Of a stretch of 64,000 nucleotides of DNA, positions 38,646 to 52,019 are shown in pieces; the first letter of the stretch is position 1, and every line of letters starts with the position of its first letter. The notes under the pieces were generated by a model that saw only the letters and a list, made by a program, of their open reading frames with translations, made no database searches and was not told the origin of the DNA. The translations under genes were made by a program, and so were the position numbers. Source of the DNA: Octopus sinensis (lineage: Eukaryota); contig NC_043002.1 in the NCBI RefSeq assembly GCF_006345805.1, positions 8,370,001 through 8,434,000 of the forward strand, in the 5' to 3' direction.

Positions 38646-39043
38646 GAGTGGCTGTGTGGTAAGTAGCTTGCTGACCAACCACATGGTTCTGGGTTCAGTC
38701 CCACTGCGTGGCATCTTGGGCAAGTGTCTTCTGCTATAGCCCCGGGCCGACCAATGCCTTGTGAGTGGATTTGGTAGACAGAAACTGAAAGAAGCTTGTC
38801 GTATATATGTATATATGTGTGTTTGTGTGTGTGCGTGTTTGTCCCCCCTAGCATTGCTTGACAACCGATGCTGGTGTGTTTACGTCCCCGTCACTTAGCG
38901 GTTTGGCAAAAGAGAATGATAGAATAAGTACTGGGCTTACAAAGAATAAGTCCCGGGGTCGATTTGCTAGACTAAAGGCGGTGCTCCAGCATGGCCGCAG
39001 TCAAATGACTGAAACAAGTAAAAGAGTAAAAAGAGTAAAAGAG
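38646..39043 (+). mobile_element. SINE family A
   Basis: Complete copy. Confidence 0.9.
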
Positions 39044-39167
39044 GAGGTGTCCTTTTGTCAAAATGACAACAAAATGCCCACCCTGATGAAAGATTGCAGT
39101 TGAATTCAATTCAATTTATGAGTTCAAATTTCAATAATCCCAAACATATTTCTAACATTTATGACTT

Positions 39168-39505
39168 CATCATCATCATTGTTTAACGTTCGCTTTCCAT
39201 GCTAGCATGGGTTGGATGTATGACTGAGGGCTGGCCAACCAGATGGCTGCACCAGGCTTCAATCTTGATCTGGCAGAGTTTCTACAGCTGGATGCCCTTC
39301 CTAACGCCAACCACTCCAAGAATGTAATGTGTGCTTTTACGTGCCACTGGCACAGGGCCAGTCAGGTGGCACTGGCAACAACCTCGCTCAAATCTTTTAC
39401 ACATGCCACTGGTGCGGGTGCCAGTAGAACGACGCTGGTAACGATCACGCTAGAATGGTGCCTTTTAAGTGCCACTGGCACGAAAGCCGGTTAGCCGCTC
39501 TGTCA
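39168..39505 (-). mobile_element. Repeat family C
   Basis: Tail block plus modules. Confidence 0.85.
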
Positions 39506-39839
39506 AACTGATAAAAGAAGTAATGATAGGAAACTGGAACTATTCCATTTTTCTTATGCTGAAACCAAATTGGTAAGTTTTGTTTCTTGTCCTCTTTATC
39601 AGATTTTAAAAATTATTTTTGACAATTAGAATATGGTAAGTTGTTATATTATACCTCTCCAATATAAGTGTGAGATCTTGTGCTAATGTCATAAGTGAAT
39701 ATTTATATGTGTGCAGAGAAGTTATTAGTAAACCAATTTTCAATTTATGATTGAACACAAATAAATGAAAGCTTATTCCATTGCTAATTTCTTTGAAGGG
39801 TCTAAGAACACTATAGAATATCGTTCACAAATTTACTCA

Positions 39840-40252
39840 GGACATGGCCGATGCCAGCGCTGCCGTGACTGGCTTCTGTGTGTGCTGGTGGCACATAAAA
39901 AGCACCAACCATTCGTGGCCATTGCCAGTCTACCCTGGCACGTAAAAAGCACCATCCGTATGTGGCCGATGCCAGCGCCGCTTTGACTGGCTTCCGTGCC
40001 GGTGGCACATAAAAAGCACCAACCAATCGTGGCCGTTACCAGCCTCCCCTGGCACCTGTGCTGGTGGCACGTAAAAAGCACCCACTACACTCATGGAGTG
40101 GTTGGCATTAGGAAGGGCATCCAGCTGTAGAAACACTGCCAGATCAGACTGGAGCCTGGTGCAGCCTCCTGGCTTCCCAGACCCCGGTCGAACTGTCCAA
40201 CCCATGCCAGCATGGAAAACAGACGTTAAATGATGATGATGATGATGATGAT
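39840..40252 (+). mobile_element. Repeat family C
   Basis: Modules plus tail with (GAT)n. Confidence 0.88.
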
Positions 40253-41439
40253 AAGCTTGAAAACTTGTATTTAAGAAAGCAATGTCATGTTGCACATGTA
40301 GCCATATTTGCAGGTGCTGTCATACTAGATTTAATACTTCGTGACACAAGTAAAGCGTAATAAAATACTGCATATCTTTGAGATATACTGTATGATATGT
40401 GTAGCAAGCTATTAGACAAAGAAGAAAAAAATTTAAACTGTAAAGCTATGGTTTAACTTGTGCTCGTGGTACATAAGGGAACCCAGAAAAGAACCAATTA
40501 GTGAAGCACTTTTAGAAATCATATCAACAGGATTTTCAAGTCAAAAATAATATCATCTTGATTTGGATTATGGTTTATCAAAATCTCATACATACCCCAG
40601 GGGCACATGCTGATAGTATTCCCTTAGATAAGGAAAAAAAAAAGTTTGGCATCCGGTTCTATTTCTTTCTTTCATACTTATTTTCTTATTTATTATTATT
40701 TTTTTTTGTTCATTTCATTTTTGTGATATATTTATTTACTGTGAAGATATGATATAGTTTAAAAGCTTTGGCTAGCTTGTTATTAGATAGTTTTTGTTTG
40801 AGAAACATGATCTGAATCAAGGGTTCCAAACAAGAAATTAGGTAATTTAAAAAATGAGAGTTGCTCTTTATTAGACGTAGGTCAGCAGTAAATAAGCAAA
40901 TTTATGATCAAAAGTATAAAGTATTTCAGCAATGACCACCCTGTCCTCACCACCACACAACTAATACGAATTTTAACTAATAACATCTTAGATATCATTT
41001 TAAAGAAATATAATTACCTTCTACAAATGATATATTTTAATGATATATTTTAAAGTGTGTGTACGTGTGGTAGAGAAAGTGTAAAAGGGAGGTCTTCTTG
41101 TATCATTAATAACTATAGAGTTCTTGGCCAACCAACAAAGGAGCTTCTGCTTAACCAGTCAACTTACATAACACTGAAGCCTCCTATGTGGTCACTTGCT
41201 TTGTTAGAAATAATAACCAACCCCACTCTCCTTCAAAACATACTGCTATCTATCTTAAGGAGACAGGATTATGTAGTTTTAGATACCCTTAAGAAAGAAA
41301 GGATGGAGATCATGGTTGAAACACATTCAGTCATAAAAACAACACCCAAAGACATGGCTTGCAGGTGAATATATTTTGTTTTAGGGTCAAAATCTGAATT
41401 ACAAACACGCAGGCATCTTATGTAAATACTTGAGAAATA

Positions 41440-41872
41440 CAAGACGGTGCGGCGCCATCCGATCATGGCCATTGCCGGCGCCGCCCTGTCTGGCCTCCGT
41501 GCCGGTGGCACGTAAAAGCACCATCCGTTCGTGTCCGCTGCCAGCCTCGCCTGGCCCCCGTGCCAGTGGCATGTAAAAGCACCATCCGCTCGTGTCCGTT
41601 GCCAGCCTTGCCTGGCCCCCGTTCCGGTGGCACGTAAAAGCACCATCCGTTCGTGGCCGTTTGCCAGCTCCATCTGGCACCTGTGCGGGTGGCACGTAAA
41701 AAGCACCCACTACACTCACGGAGTGGTTGGCGTTAGGAAGGGCATCCAGCCGTAGAAACACTGCCAGATCTGACTGAAGCCTGATGCAGCCTTCCGGCTT
41801 CACAGACCCCAGTTGAACCGTCCAACCCATGCTAGCATGGAAAGCGGACGCTAAATGATGATGATGATGATA
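41440..41872 (+). mobile_element. Repeat family C with 4-5 tandem modules of about 60 bp
   Basis: Repeated gtggcacgtaaaagcaccatccg(t/c)tcgtg units, then the conserved tail. Confidence 0.9.
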
Positions 41873-42059
41873 CAAGGTAACCAGTGGAAGTGGAGAAGAT
41901 GAGATGAGAAGGAGGTTCTTCTATAACAACCATTGTATTTAGTGGCATAAACAATATGAAAAACCAACTGTGTTGGTATGGGAAATTATAGAAGTTGAAC
42001 GAAATGTGGAGACAGAGAGGTCAGACTGCTTTGTCACACTCCTAGTGTATATTTCCTAT

Positions 42060-42060
42060 T

Positions 42061-42092
<32 letters not shown>

Positions 42093-42176
42093 ACACACTC
42101 ACATGTACACACACACACACACATGCACACACACACAAACATGCACACACACACACACTCACATACACACTCACAT

Positions 42177-42227
<51 letters not shown>

Positions 42228-42228
42228 C
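42060..42228. repeat. (CA)n microsatellite
   Basis: Directly visible. Confidence 0.95.
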
Positions 42229-42319
42229 ACCAACATTTGGGTGGTACTCATTTTCAGCTAGTGTGAAATAATGTCTTACTGTCACAGGATACTGCACAGT
42301 TCAGGTATAGCACCTTTGT

Positions 42320-42760
42320 TGAACAGCATGGTTTTCCTGGCATGCAAAATGATGCTAACACCAGTGAAGCCCCTAGCAAAGGAAAGCACCTGTAAAAAGA
42401 GATACATTGGCTGTTCTGGGAACTCATTCAAACAATGCCTTTCCAACTACAGATCCTCCTTCAGGATATTGCAAAGGAGATTCATCATGTCATTAGCCAG
42501 CCATGTATGGTAGCTAATAGACAATGGGGTTCCATACAGAATATCATGGAGAATTCAAGAGAATCCAGGCCCCTACATGAACGGGATCAACCGCTGTAAA
42601 TTACGGATAGTGAAATGGATAAGAATCCTAAAGGATTCCCTCAAACCAGGAAACATCCTGAACTCCAGAATGGAGGTCTTTGGACTGCGCTTACAATTCA
42701 GGAAATTCCTGCTAGCGTATTGGAACCCATTGGATAACAGGGCCACTGGCGATCAATAAC
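42320..42760 (+). pseudogene. Second Penelope-like GIY-YIG endonuclease remnant
   Basis: KKRYIGCSGNSFKQCLSNYRSSF...SLASHVW*...WRI...PYMNGINRCKL...NILNSRMEVFGL..FRKFLL matches the PLE endonuclease C-terminal pattern; in-frame stop. Confidence 0.75.
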
Positions 42761-42848
42761 CAAAGGAACACAACCCCCTTTGTTGACATTGAATAATGTG
42801 GTCATTTCCTCCTCCATATTCTAGAGAGGCCCTTAGCCAACAGGGTTT

Positions 42849-42909
42849 GGGATCTGATGATATGCCATGTCAAGTCCTTTATGGATGCGAAATCCCCATA
42901 GGTAATCCC
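42849..42909 (+). ncRNA. Type I hammerhead motif in the PLE 3' region
   Basis: GGGAU-CUGAUGA(42854-42860)-stem II (CCAU/AUGG, eroded base)-GAAA(42889-42892)-UC...GGUA(42901-42904)-AUCCC. Confidence 0.6.
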
Positions 42910-44264
42910 ATAAACTGGTCTTATCTAACTTTAATATATATACATATATATATGTATGATGGACTCTCCTATTGATGATGTATGAATGTTCAGCTTCTGT
43001 TGAATAACCTGCACAAATGATTTGTTCAGTGACCAAATTTATGTACTGTACATTAGCTCACTCCCTCCAAGTTGACATTGCCTAAACAGGTGGACAGTGT
43101 GTCATGTTGAAGTGATCACATGTTTTTGTTCTTTGATGACCAAAATGGTTTCTCTCTGATGTAATTGCTTTCTGTTTTTTTATGCTATTGCCTGAAATAA
43201 CTATTTTGTATTATAGTCTTGCCCTGAAGATATACATGGGTTAAAACAATAGTTTAACACCAAATAGTCATCACAGGAAGGCAAAAATATAATTACATAT
43301 ATAAAATGGATTAATTTACTTAATTACTTAATCACCAAATTGGCTTCAAATGTTTGTGGTGCAGAGAGTGTGATTACGTATGTAAGTATCATACTTTTTT
43401 AAAATATTTGTTGATAATACCAGAGAATCTACAAACAAGCTAACTTTGTCATTAGTTCATATTTTTGTAAGTTTAGTACAATGGACTAGCTGTCATTGAC
43501 CGATTTGAAAACTCAGAGAATTAATAGTAACATCACAGAGCGACTTATTCAACCTACTCATTTATCATGAAGCTAGAGAAACAGATTTCTAAAGAGGAAA
43601 TTAGTATTATTTAGATTCCATCTTTGGTGCTGACACTGGCAATCACCATTCTCTTTGTGAAAAAGCCATCAAAAATTTAAATCAAAAGTCAAGTACCTTG
43701 TTACATTCATTGAAAAATATTGAACAAAATCAAATTAATTTATCTCTTTTGCAAAAGTTGCTCTTATTCAACGACGGTGCAAATTGTCAAAATCTTTGAG
43801 AAGAATCTGTACAGTACATATGCAGTAATTTTAGGCATTTTCCTTCTTTTCTTCCTAACAGCACAATGCAGGATTATCAAATATACACAAGATGAGATAG
43901 AACAGAGGAATGATTTTGAATTAGCTGTCATCAGTGAATTGTTCAAAGTTGCAATTCAGGCTCTTTGCAAAATGATAAAATTGATCTTCCACGGTTCAAC
44001 ATATGCAGTCAAATGGTTACAGAAAAGAGCATCTCTGTAGTGTGCAGGGATCAAATTGATAACAGCCACTATGGTACGCTGTTATATATAAACAATCATG
44101 AGCATAAGGGAAATGGACTGAGGAAATAAACATCCACAAGACAGTAGATATAAAAAAAAAAAGAATGTAATGGTAAGAAAAGAGAAGAAAGTGGAGGAGG
44201 TGAAAAATATGGTTGCAAAAATGAGGGAGTATGGGAGGAAATCAAGAGAAATGGTATGTGATAG

Positions 44265-44682
44265 AAGGCGGCGAGCTGGCAGAACCGTTAGCACGCCGGG
44301 CAAAATGCTTTGCGTTATTTCGTCTGCCGTTACGTTCTGAGTTCAAATTCTGCCGAGGTCGACTTTGCCTTTCATCCTTTCGGGATCGATTAAATAAGTA
44401 CCAGTTACGCACTGGGGTCGATATAATTGACAATCTGTTTGTCAGTCCTTGTTTGTCCTCTCTGTGTTTAGCCCCTTGTGGGTAGTAAAGAAATAGGTAA
44501 TTTGTCTGCCGCTACGTTCTGAGTTCAAATTCCACTGAGGCCAACTTTGCCTTTCATCCTTTCGGGGTCGATTAAATAAGTACCAGTTACGCACTGGGGT
44601 CGATATAATCGACTTAATCCGTTTGTCAGTCCTTGTTTGTCCTCTCTGTGTTTAGCCCCTTATGGGTAGTAAAGAAATAGGT
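44265..44682 (+). mobile_element. Family B SINE (two units)
   Basis: Head plus duplicated 3' unit. Confidence 0.9.
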
Positions 44683-44714
44683 ATGTGATAGATATTGCAG
44701 AGAAAGAAGAGCAT

Positions 44715-45290
44715 GGCCCAGTTTGCTTAATTTGTAATGAATATATGAGGAATGAATAAATGAAGTCTGCTCAATTAAAATGATATTTTGATATAAATTG
44801 TGCTTCCTATGCAGGAAAATCTGTGTAATTTTTTGAAATGGTACTGAAACCTTCAAAAGTATAAAACAAATACTGGTTCAAGAAAAATACTGAAGAGCAT
44901 TATACAAAATCCTCACACATGATTACAACAGATAAGAAACTATACATGCTTGGCAAATAGTGTTGCCAGTGGTTGGTAGAATCACAGAAATTATTTATGA
45001 GATGACCAATGTGAAGAAAACAAGAAAAATATGAATCTTGTAATTCAATTGGATAAATCAACTGCCATTACAAATGCAGCTCCTCTATTGGTATTTGTCA
45101 GGTAATGTTGATCACTAGACAGATGTAAAACAGGTAAAGATGTCCCCCTCCCCCCAGTGGACCACTTTTTTTAAGGAAGTGTATCTGGAATCGGAGTATT
45201 TACCAATGACACAGCAACAATGATACACAATTACAAGCTCAAAAGAGATCTTAATCATGAAGTTTTACTGGCTAAAAATATTTCTTCAGA
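44715..45290 (+). pseudogene. Decayed hAT (Buster/Charlie-like) transposase
   Basis: PVCLICNE..NE*MKSAQLK (BED-like region), IQLDKSTAITNAAPLLVFVR (LQLDESTD motif), GIGVFTNDTATM...HEVLLAK (TDGA...HRE-L-AK region). Confidence 0.7.
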
Positions 45291-45294
45291 GGTG

Positions 45295-45580
45295 ATCGTT
45301 AACAACGTCGCTTCACTGGCACCTGTGTCGGTGGCACGTGTAAAAAGATTCGAGCGAGGTCATTGCCAGTACCGCCTGACTGGCCCCCGTGCCGGTGGTA
45401 CGTAAAAAGCACCCACTACACTCTCGGAGTGGTTGGCTTTAGGAAGGGCATCCAGCTGTAGAAACTCTGCCAAATCAAGATTGGAGCCTGGTGCAGCCAT
45501 CTGGTTCGCCAGCCCTCAGTCAAAATCGTCCAACACATGCTAGCATGGAAAGCGGACGTTAAACAACAACGACGATGATA
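45295..45580 (+). mobile_element. Repeat family C
   Basis: Modules plus tail. Confidence 0.85.
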
Positions 45581-45983
45581 TAGTTAGAATAGTTAAATGA
45601 AAATTATTAAACAATTCCCAACATTTACATCTGAATGCAACCTTCTTTGAACATGTAAACTTCATCATGAAGTTCTTCTCTAACTTCCACCTCCTTGGGT
45701 TCCCCCTTTTGCCATAAATATACTAGAATTTAAAATGGGGGTAGTATTAAGTTATTTGGTTACTATGAAAATACTTCCCAACTGGTGGCCAGTGAGTAAT
45801 AGAGGAATTTGAGATGTGTTATCAACGTAATTACCACACCCTTTTATATTATATTAGACACTAAGTACTTGCAACACACTGCGTGATCTGATACGTTATT
45901 GTTGCATAACCTCAATATAGTTTTGAAATTAAAAGTTGAATCATGCTAATTGTATGTGTATGTATGTATGTATGTATATATAT

Positions 45984-46058
<75 letters not shown>

Positions 46059-46194
46059 TGAAAAAATAAAAATATATGCATACATACAAACATATATGTA
46101 CGTACCTACATCTACATGTATATATACATGCATATATAAATAATTATACGTGAGTACAGGACATCACATATATATATATATATTGTTTTATCTT

Positions 46195-46588
46195 TTGTTT
46201 TACTTGTTTCAGTCATTTGACTGCGGCCATGCTGGAGCACCGCCTTTAGTCGAGCAACTCGACCCCGGGACTTATTCTTTTGTAAGCCCAGTACTTACTC
46301 TATCGGTCTCTTTTGCCGAACCGCTAAGTAACGGGGACATAAACACACCAGCATCGGTTGTCAAGCAATGCTAGGGGGACAAACACAGATACACAAACAC
46401 ACACACGCATATATATACATATATACGACGGGTTTCTTTCAGTTTCCATCTACCAAATCCACTCACAAGGCTTTGGTCGGCCCGGGGCTATAGCAGAAGA
46501 CACTTGCCCAAGATGCCACGCAGTGGGACTGAACCTGGAACCATGTGGTTGGTAAACAAGCTACTTACCACACAGCCACTCCTGCGCC
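46195..46588 (-). mobile_element. SINE family A
   Basis: Complete reverse copy. Confidence 0.9.
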
Positions 46589-46620
<32 letters not shown>

Positions 46621-47014
46621 AATATACATACAAAATAGCACATGCATAGCTGAATGGTCTAAAAGTTAATTGCACTATGCAGCATTTTAAGCATGTATTT
46701 AATTATAGTTTTGTTTAGACTAAAGCTTTATGAATAAAAATTGATAGAAACTGTGTGGAAAAATTTTGAGTGATATGTACCTCTAATTCAAATGGTCAGC
46801 TTTATCAAATAAGGTAGCATAAGACTACCTGAAGATTATGTTAAACACATAAAGTGTCAATGGAATACTCAGTCACTTACACCATAATTTACTGAGTAGG
46901 CTCAGGTGTGATGTGGTAACGAAGGCGACGCGGTACTGAAATTCTTCAAGTGTAGAAAATCCTGGTTTCACAATGGTAAAACCATTGTCTGGGTGTAGCA
47001 AAGAGTAAACTATA

Positions 47015-47214
47015 CTCTTTTACTTGTTTCAGTCATTTGACTGCGGCCATGCTGGAGCACCGCCTTTAGTCGAGCAAATCGACCCCGGGACTTATTCTTT
47101 TGTAAGCTCAGTACTTATTCTATCGGTCTCTTTTTGCCGAACCGCTAAGTGACGGGGACGTAAACACACCAGCATCGGTTGTCAAGCAATGCTAGGGAGA
47201 CAAATACAGACACA

Positions 47215-47261
<47 letters not shown>

Positions 47262-47434
47262 CCATATATACGACAGGCTTCTTTCAGTTTCCATCTACCA
47301 AATCCACTCACAAGGCATTGGTCGGCCCGGGGCTATAGCAGAAGACACTTGCCCAAGGTGCCACGCGGTGAGACTGAACTCGGAACCATGTGGTTGGTTA
47401 GCAAGCTACTTACCACACAGCCACTCATGTGCCT
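47015..47434 (-). mobile_element. SINE family A
   Basis: Complete reverse copy. Confidence 0.9.
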
Positions 47435-47719
47435 ATACTTCAAATAATAAGACAAAGAAACGCTTTAACACATCTTTAATGATTTGCTACAATTGTTTCT
47501 GAACCAATTCTGTTTGCAATGACAGTTTATGCAATATTCAAACTGAAAATTTAAATAATGTTTGCAGTTTTAGGCGTTAGAATGGCACTTCCTCAGATTT
47601 GCATCAAAGCTGTGTTCTTACATTGTGTGTCTTCCAGACACTGCTATTTTGCTAATAACAGGAGGAAAGAAAAAGTAAATACAAGTATGGTTAGAGGATG
47701 AAAAATTGGTAAAAAGATC

Positions 47720-47990
47720 AAAGGCGGCAAGCTGGCAGAATCGTTACCACGCCGGGCAAAATATTTAGTGGCATTTGGTTTGTCCTTACGTTCTGAGTTA
47801 AAAAATTAAGCTGAGGTCAACTTTAAACACTACACTCACGAAGTGGTTGGCGTTAGGAAGGGCATCTAGCTGTAGAAACACTGCCAGATCAGACTGGAGC
47901 CTGGTGCAGCCTCCTGGCTTCCCAGACCCCGGTCAAACGGTCCAATCTGTGCTAGCATGGAAAACGGACGTTAAACGATGATGATGATTA
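47720..47990 (+). mobile_element. Family B head fragment followed by family C tail
   Basis: aaggcggcaagctggcag... to 47820, then acactacactcacgaagtggttggcg...(GAT)n. Confidence 0.75.
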
Positions 47991-48269
47991 TCATGTAGGA
48001 AGAAGAAGAATGGTGGTGGGGTCTCTAAGAACATTAGTAAATGAGGAAGAGATAATATATAGTAAATCAGTGTACCTGGACTAAAGATTTCCAGAATGGT
48101 CAGTTAGTACATGTTAGTTTTGAATGACATTCAAAGCTAACAGAGTTCATAAATTTCTTAACCACTATTCAGTTAAATTCTAAATTCTTGGTTTCTGCCT
48201 GAACTGTTTAAGCCACGCCCAGCCTCCCTATCAACTTTACCCCTCTTTTTTCTTTTCTCTTTATATTTC

Positions 48270-48488
48270 CTATTTCTTTATTGCCCACAAGGGGCTAAAC
48301 ATAGAGGGGACAGACAAAGGGATGAAGTCGATTACATCAACCCCAGTGCGTAACTGGTACTTAATTTATCGACCCTGAAAGGACGAAAGGCAAAGTCGAC
48401 CTCAGCAGAATTTGAACTCAGAGCGTAACAGCTGACGAAATACGGCTACACATTTCACCCGGCGTGCTAACGTTTCCGCCAGCTCGCC
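48270..48488 (-). mobile_element. SINE family B
   Basis: Reverse copy. Confidence 0.85.
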
Positions 48489-48830
48489 TCTCTTTATGTT
48501 TCCGCATGTCATATTCTGTGGTGACCAGAATCCTTCTGCTGGCCAGCATATGGTTTATGGCATTCTCCTACCATCCACATCATCCCCTATCCCTACTACA
48601 CACACCACAAGTATCATAATTTTTATTTCTTCTCATTGTGTTTTCACTAGAAAGTACTCTGGCAATTAGTGTTGTCATTGTTATCAATTTCATCCCTCTT
48701 TTTCTTTTGTCTGCTTAATGTTGTGGGAAATAATTTTTCACACATAAAATGAAATTGGGTACTGGTGATGATGGTTGCACTGACTGGCCATTCTGAGAAT
48801 CTTTAGTTTAAATACACTGAAGCACTATAT

Positions 48831-48897
48831 TGTCTATAAGCCATTTAAGAAACACACAAAAACCATTTTTGTGTGTTTCTTAAATGGCTTATAGACA
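48831..48897. repeat. Perfect 32-bp hairpin, 3-nt loop
   Basis: tgtctataagccatttaagaaacacacaaaaa-cca-tttttgtgtgtttcttaaatggcttatagaca. Confidence 0.95.
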
Positions 48898-50324
48898 CCT
48901 TCCACGCTGCAATTATTTTCATTCCAGCACAAGATCTCAGATCAAGTCACTCACTATGCAAGTACATCTCCATAACTATATTGTCTTTTGCCTGTTTTTT
49001 AATGTTCTTAGCCCAATAATAATAATAATAATAATAATGAAATTATTGTATACAGTGCTCAGTTGCACCACAACTTGTCAAAAAGTGCATATAAATTATT
49101 ATGAGAGTATTGAAGAGATGCATGCATACTGCGGTTTCGTCAGACTATTCATTGCTTTGAATATATATATACTTTTCTGTGTGTGTGTGTGTATGTGTAC
49201 ACACACATCTGCACTTACTTTTCACCCCCATTCCCAGTTGTAAACATTTGACTTCATTTCGCCAGCATTAAGAGTCATAAATAAAGTATGACCATCACTT
49301 CTTCCCACATCCCCTCCTCTCCTATAAATTCGAGACTTGTGACAACGCAAACAATCATTATTCAATTACATTGAAAACATACAATACACACATACTTGCA
49401 CATATACAGATATATACATTACTACATCGCTATATGGTTGCAACTGCCTCGAATCTCACTGAACTGGGTCATTATATGTTTCACTCATGCAAAGAATTTG
49501 TCTTCTTTAAACCAAAGTTGTTTTTAACCTCAGCTGATGGTGCAGACGTCACATTATCCTAAATTCTCATGAAATGACTGTTTAGTAAAATTATATAAAT
49601 TAGAATATCACAGCTTTAATAAAAATGACAGCTGCATTTAAAACAATGAAATGAGTAACAGAGGGAGCCTCGATGCAGCTGGTCAGCCAATAAGAAATAA
49701 CAGCTTAATTTCTGCTCAAATCACACCCTACTGTTTTAGAAAGGAAATGAAACATTAGATAATGGAGACAGGATATAACGCCTCCGATCATAGAATTTCT
49801 CATTCAGATGTTGATCCTGACAACAACAAAAAAGCAACACACACACACTCTTAATAGATGAGAAAAATAACATTAACATTCATTTGTTATACATTTTCTC
49901 TGCCTTAACCTTCTTCCCATGGAATCTCACTACAATCAGCTGGCAAATTCAAATGTTACCATCTTTGATCTGTCATCTGTTCTTTCAGAAGCCACTTCTC
50001 ATGTATTTCTTGCCAATCAGCAGCAGGTTTTGTTTTATGCTCACCAATCAGTTCAATTTTTAACTGAAACTATACACTGGATATTTATATAACACTTTAT
50101 ATATACATACATACATATGTGTATATATATATATTATTTTTATTTATCTAGTTTCAGCTCACTAGCTGTGGCCATATATACATATATTATATTAAATTAG
50201 AGATAAAACCACTATTAGGCAAATCATAGATATATAGGGAGAGTTCATGAAAAAACAAAAGATGAAGACAGGTGGTGTACAAAACAAACAGATGGATTAG
50301 TATAACGCTCAGGAATAGAAAAAA

Positions 50325-50366
50325 GTCTTTTACGTTTCGAGCCTACGCTCTTCTACAGAAAGGGAC
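50325..50366 (-). ncRNA. Hammerhead-like motif with non-canonical core
   Basis: GUCCCUUU-CUGUAGA-A-GAGC GUAG GCUC-GAAAC-GUA-AAAGAC. Palindromic ACGU stem III, but A6 is replaced by U. Lies in a repeat between TA tracts that shares a segment with 34780-34810. Confidence 0.4.
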
Positions 50367-50543
50367 ACAGAAAAAACAAGGAGAGAAAAAAAATGTGTGT
50401 AGTGGCTAACGATCAGACTAGAGAAAACAGAGTAAGGACATCCAGAGAAGGAAGAGACGACAAAGGGAAAGACCAGAAAATACAGGAAAGTTTAGAAAGT
50501 ATAAAAATAAAGTAATGATATTAATAACAGTATATACACACAT

Positions 50544-50591
<48 letters not shown>

Positions 50592-50676
50592 CTTGTTTGT
50601 AGAAATACACAAATTCAGAGGAGAAACACACCCTAAGATGTAGAGTAGTTACACCATAAACCAGCCTTCCCTATTA

Positions 50677-50940
50677 TCTATAAATATAAAAATGAGAATT
50701 CGTGTCTGTCTGTCTGTATGTGAGCATCACTAAAACTCGAGAACTACCCATCTGATTTCATTCAAATTTTACAAATATATTATTTACAGTCCATAGAGTG
50801 TGATGATTCAAAAAATTCCAACTTCTTGTCTAATGTGAGCCTGAAGCAATCTCTTAGACTGTTTTGGTATTACACGTCAAAAGTGAAACAATAACATCTC
50901 TATTGTAATGTGAGATAATAGTTTCAGTTGTAATAGTTTC
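50677..50940 (+). mobile_element. Helitron-like 5' portion
   Basis: A|TCTATAAATATAAAAATGAG...(TGTC)n start, same style as the 5' end of 55624-55992; no clear 3' end. Confidence 0.4.
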
Positions 50941-51075
50941 ATTTCAATACTTTCACTCTGTATATAATATATAATATATACATAGTGAAACTATTAAAAG
51001 TGAAACTTATCTCACATTATATAAATATATATGTGTGTGTGTGTGTGTGTATGTTGCTCTCTCTATATATATAAA

Positions 51076-51330
51076 TACAAAATAGGACAAGAATGCAAAA
51101 CATCCAGATAGTTAGGTGATACAAGAAAGGGACAACAAAACATCCAGAGAGACGATACAAAGAAAACAAGGACAGGTCATTTGGAATTTTCTTTCCTCAG
51201 TCGAGTTCCAGATTATCTTTGCAATTTCAGCTGGTTATATTCGAGATTGCTCCAATCTGGCCAGCCCCAAGGAAAAACTAAGCTAAGAGCATTAGATTCA
51301 TTGGAAGAAAGGAGTGAATGTATATGAAAA
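51076..51330. mobile_element. Interspersed repeat family F
   Basis: Homologous to 23630-23990. Confidence 0.75.
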
Positions 51331-51951
51331 CAAGTATACGAAACACATGTTTGCACACAGGCATACATGTGCATACACACACACACACAGTGAGAGAGTG
51401 AGGAAGAGAGAGAGAGAGCTAATCAATGTTATGTGTCCACCAGCTAAGGTCAATAATCATATCCTGTGCTCGTAATCAAAGCAATTTTGCTAGTTTAACC
51501 AATCTATATAACACAGATACCATGGTCATGCTGACTGCTACTAGAAGAAGCAGGTACAAGTTGGAATTTAGAGGAGATTAACAGGCTGTCAATCCAGAAC
51601 TTAACTTTAAACCAGATTTCATCATCATCATCATCATCATTGCTGCCACCATTGCCCCTGGTGACACCACCACCACTAACATCATCATCACACTTGCCAC
51701 TACTTTCACCAACACCCTTATCATCATCTCTATATTGGTAAGAAAATCTGTTTTAAGTACATGGAAATAATTGTCAGTGCATAGAAACCTATGATGGAAG
51801 AATAATGAGTTTTTAATTCTTCTAATTTATATTAATTAATATTCTTGGTCTTAAAACTTACTCTTACAAAAAATAGGTTCTTAGACACTTCGTTAGTGAG
51901 TGACTTCAAATATGGATTCAGGCAAAATTTCACCAATAGACATAGGTTTCT

Positions 51952-52019
<68 letters not shown>

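Noticed and set aside
43720-44040. 106-aa plus-strand ORF
   Set aside because: No recognisable motif or splice structure; may be decayed transposon sequence next to the hAT remnant.
51165-51210. CTGAGGA core on the minus strand in family F
   Set aside because: G12 is missing and stem I does not pair; the homologous region at 23.7 kb is also non-canonical.
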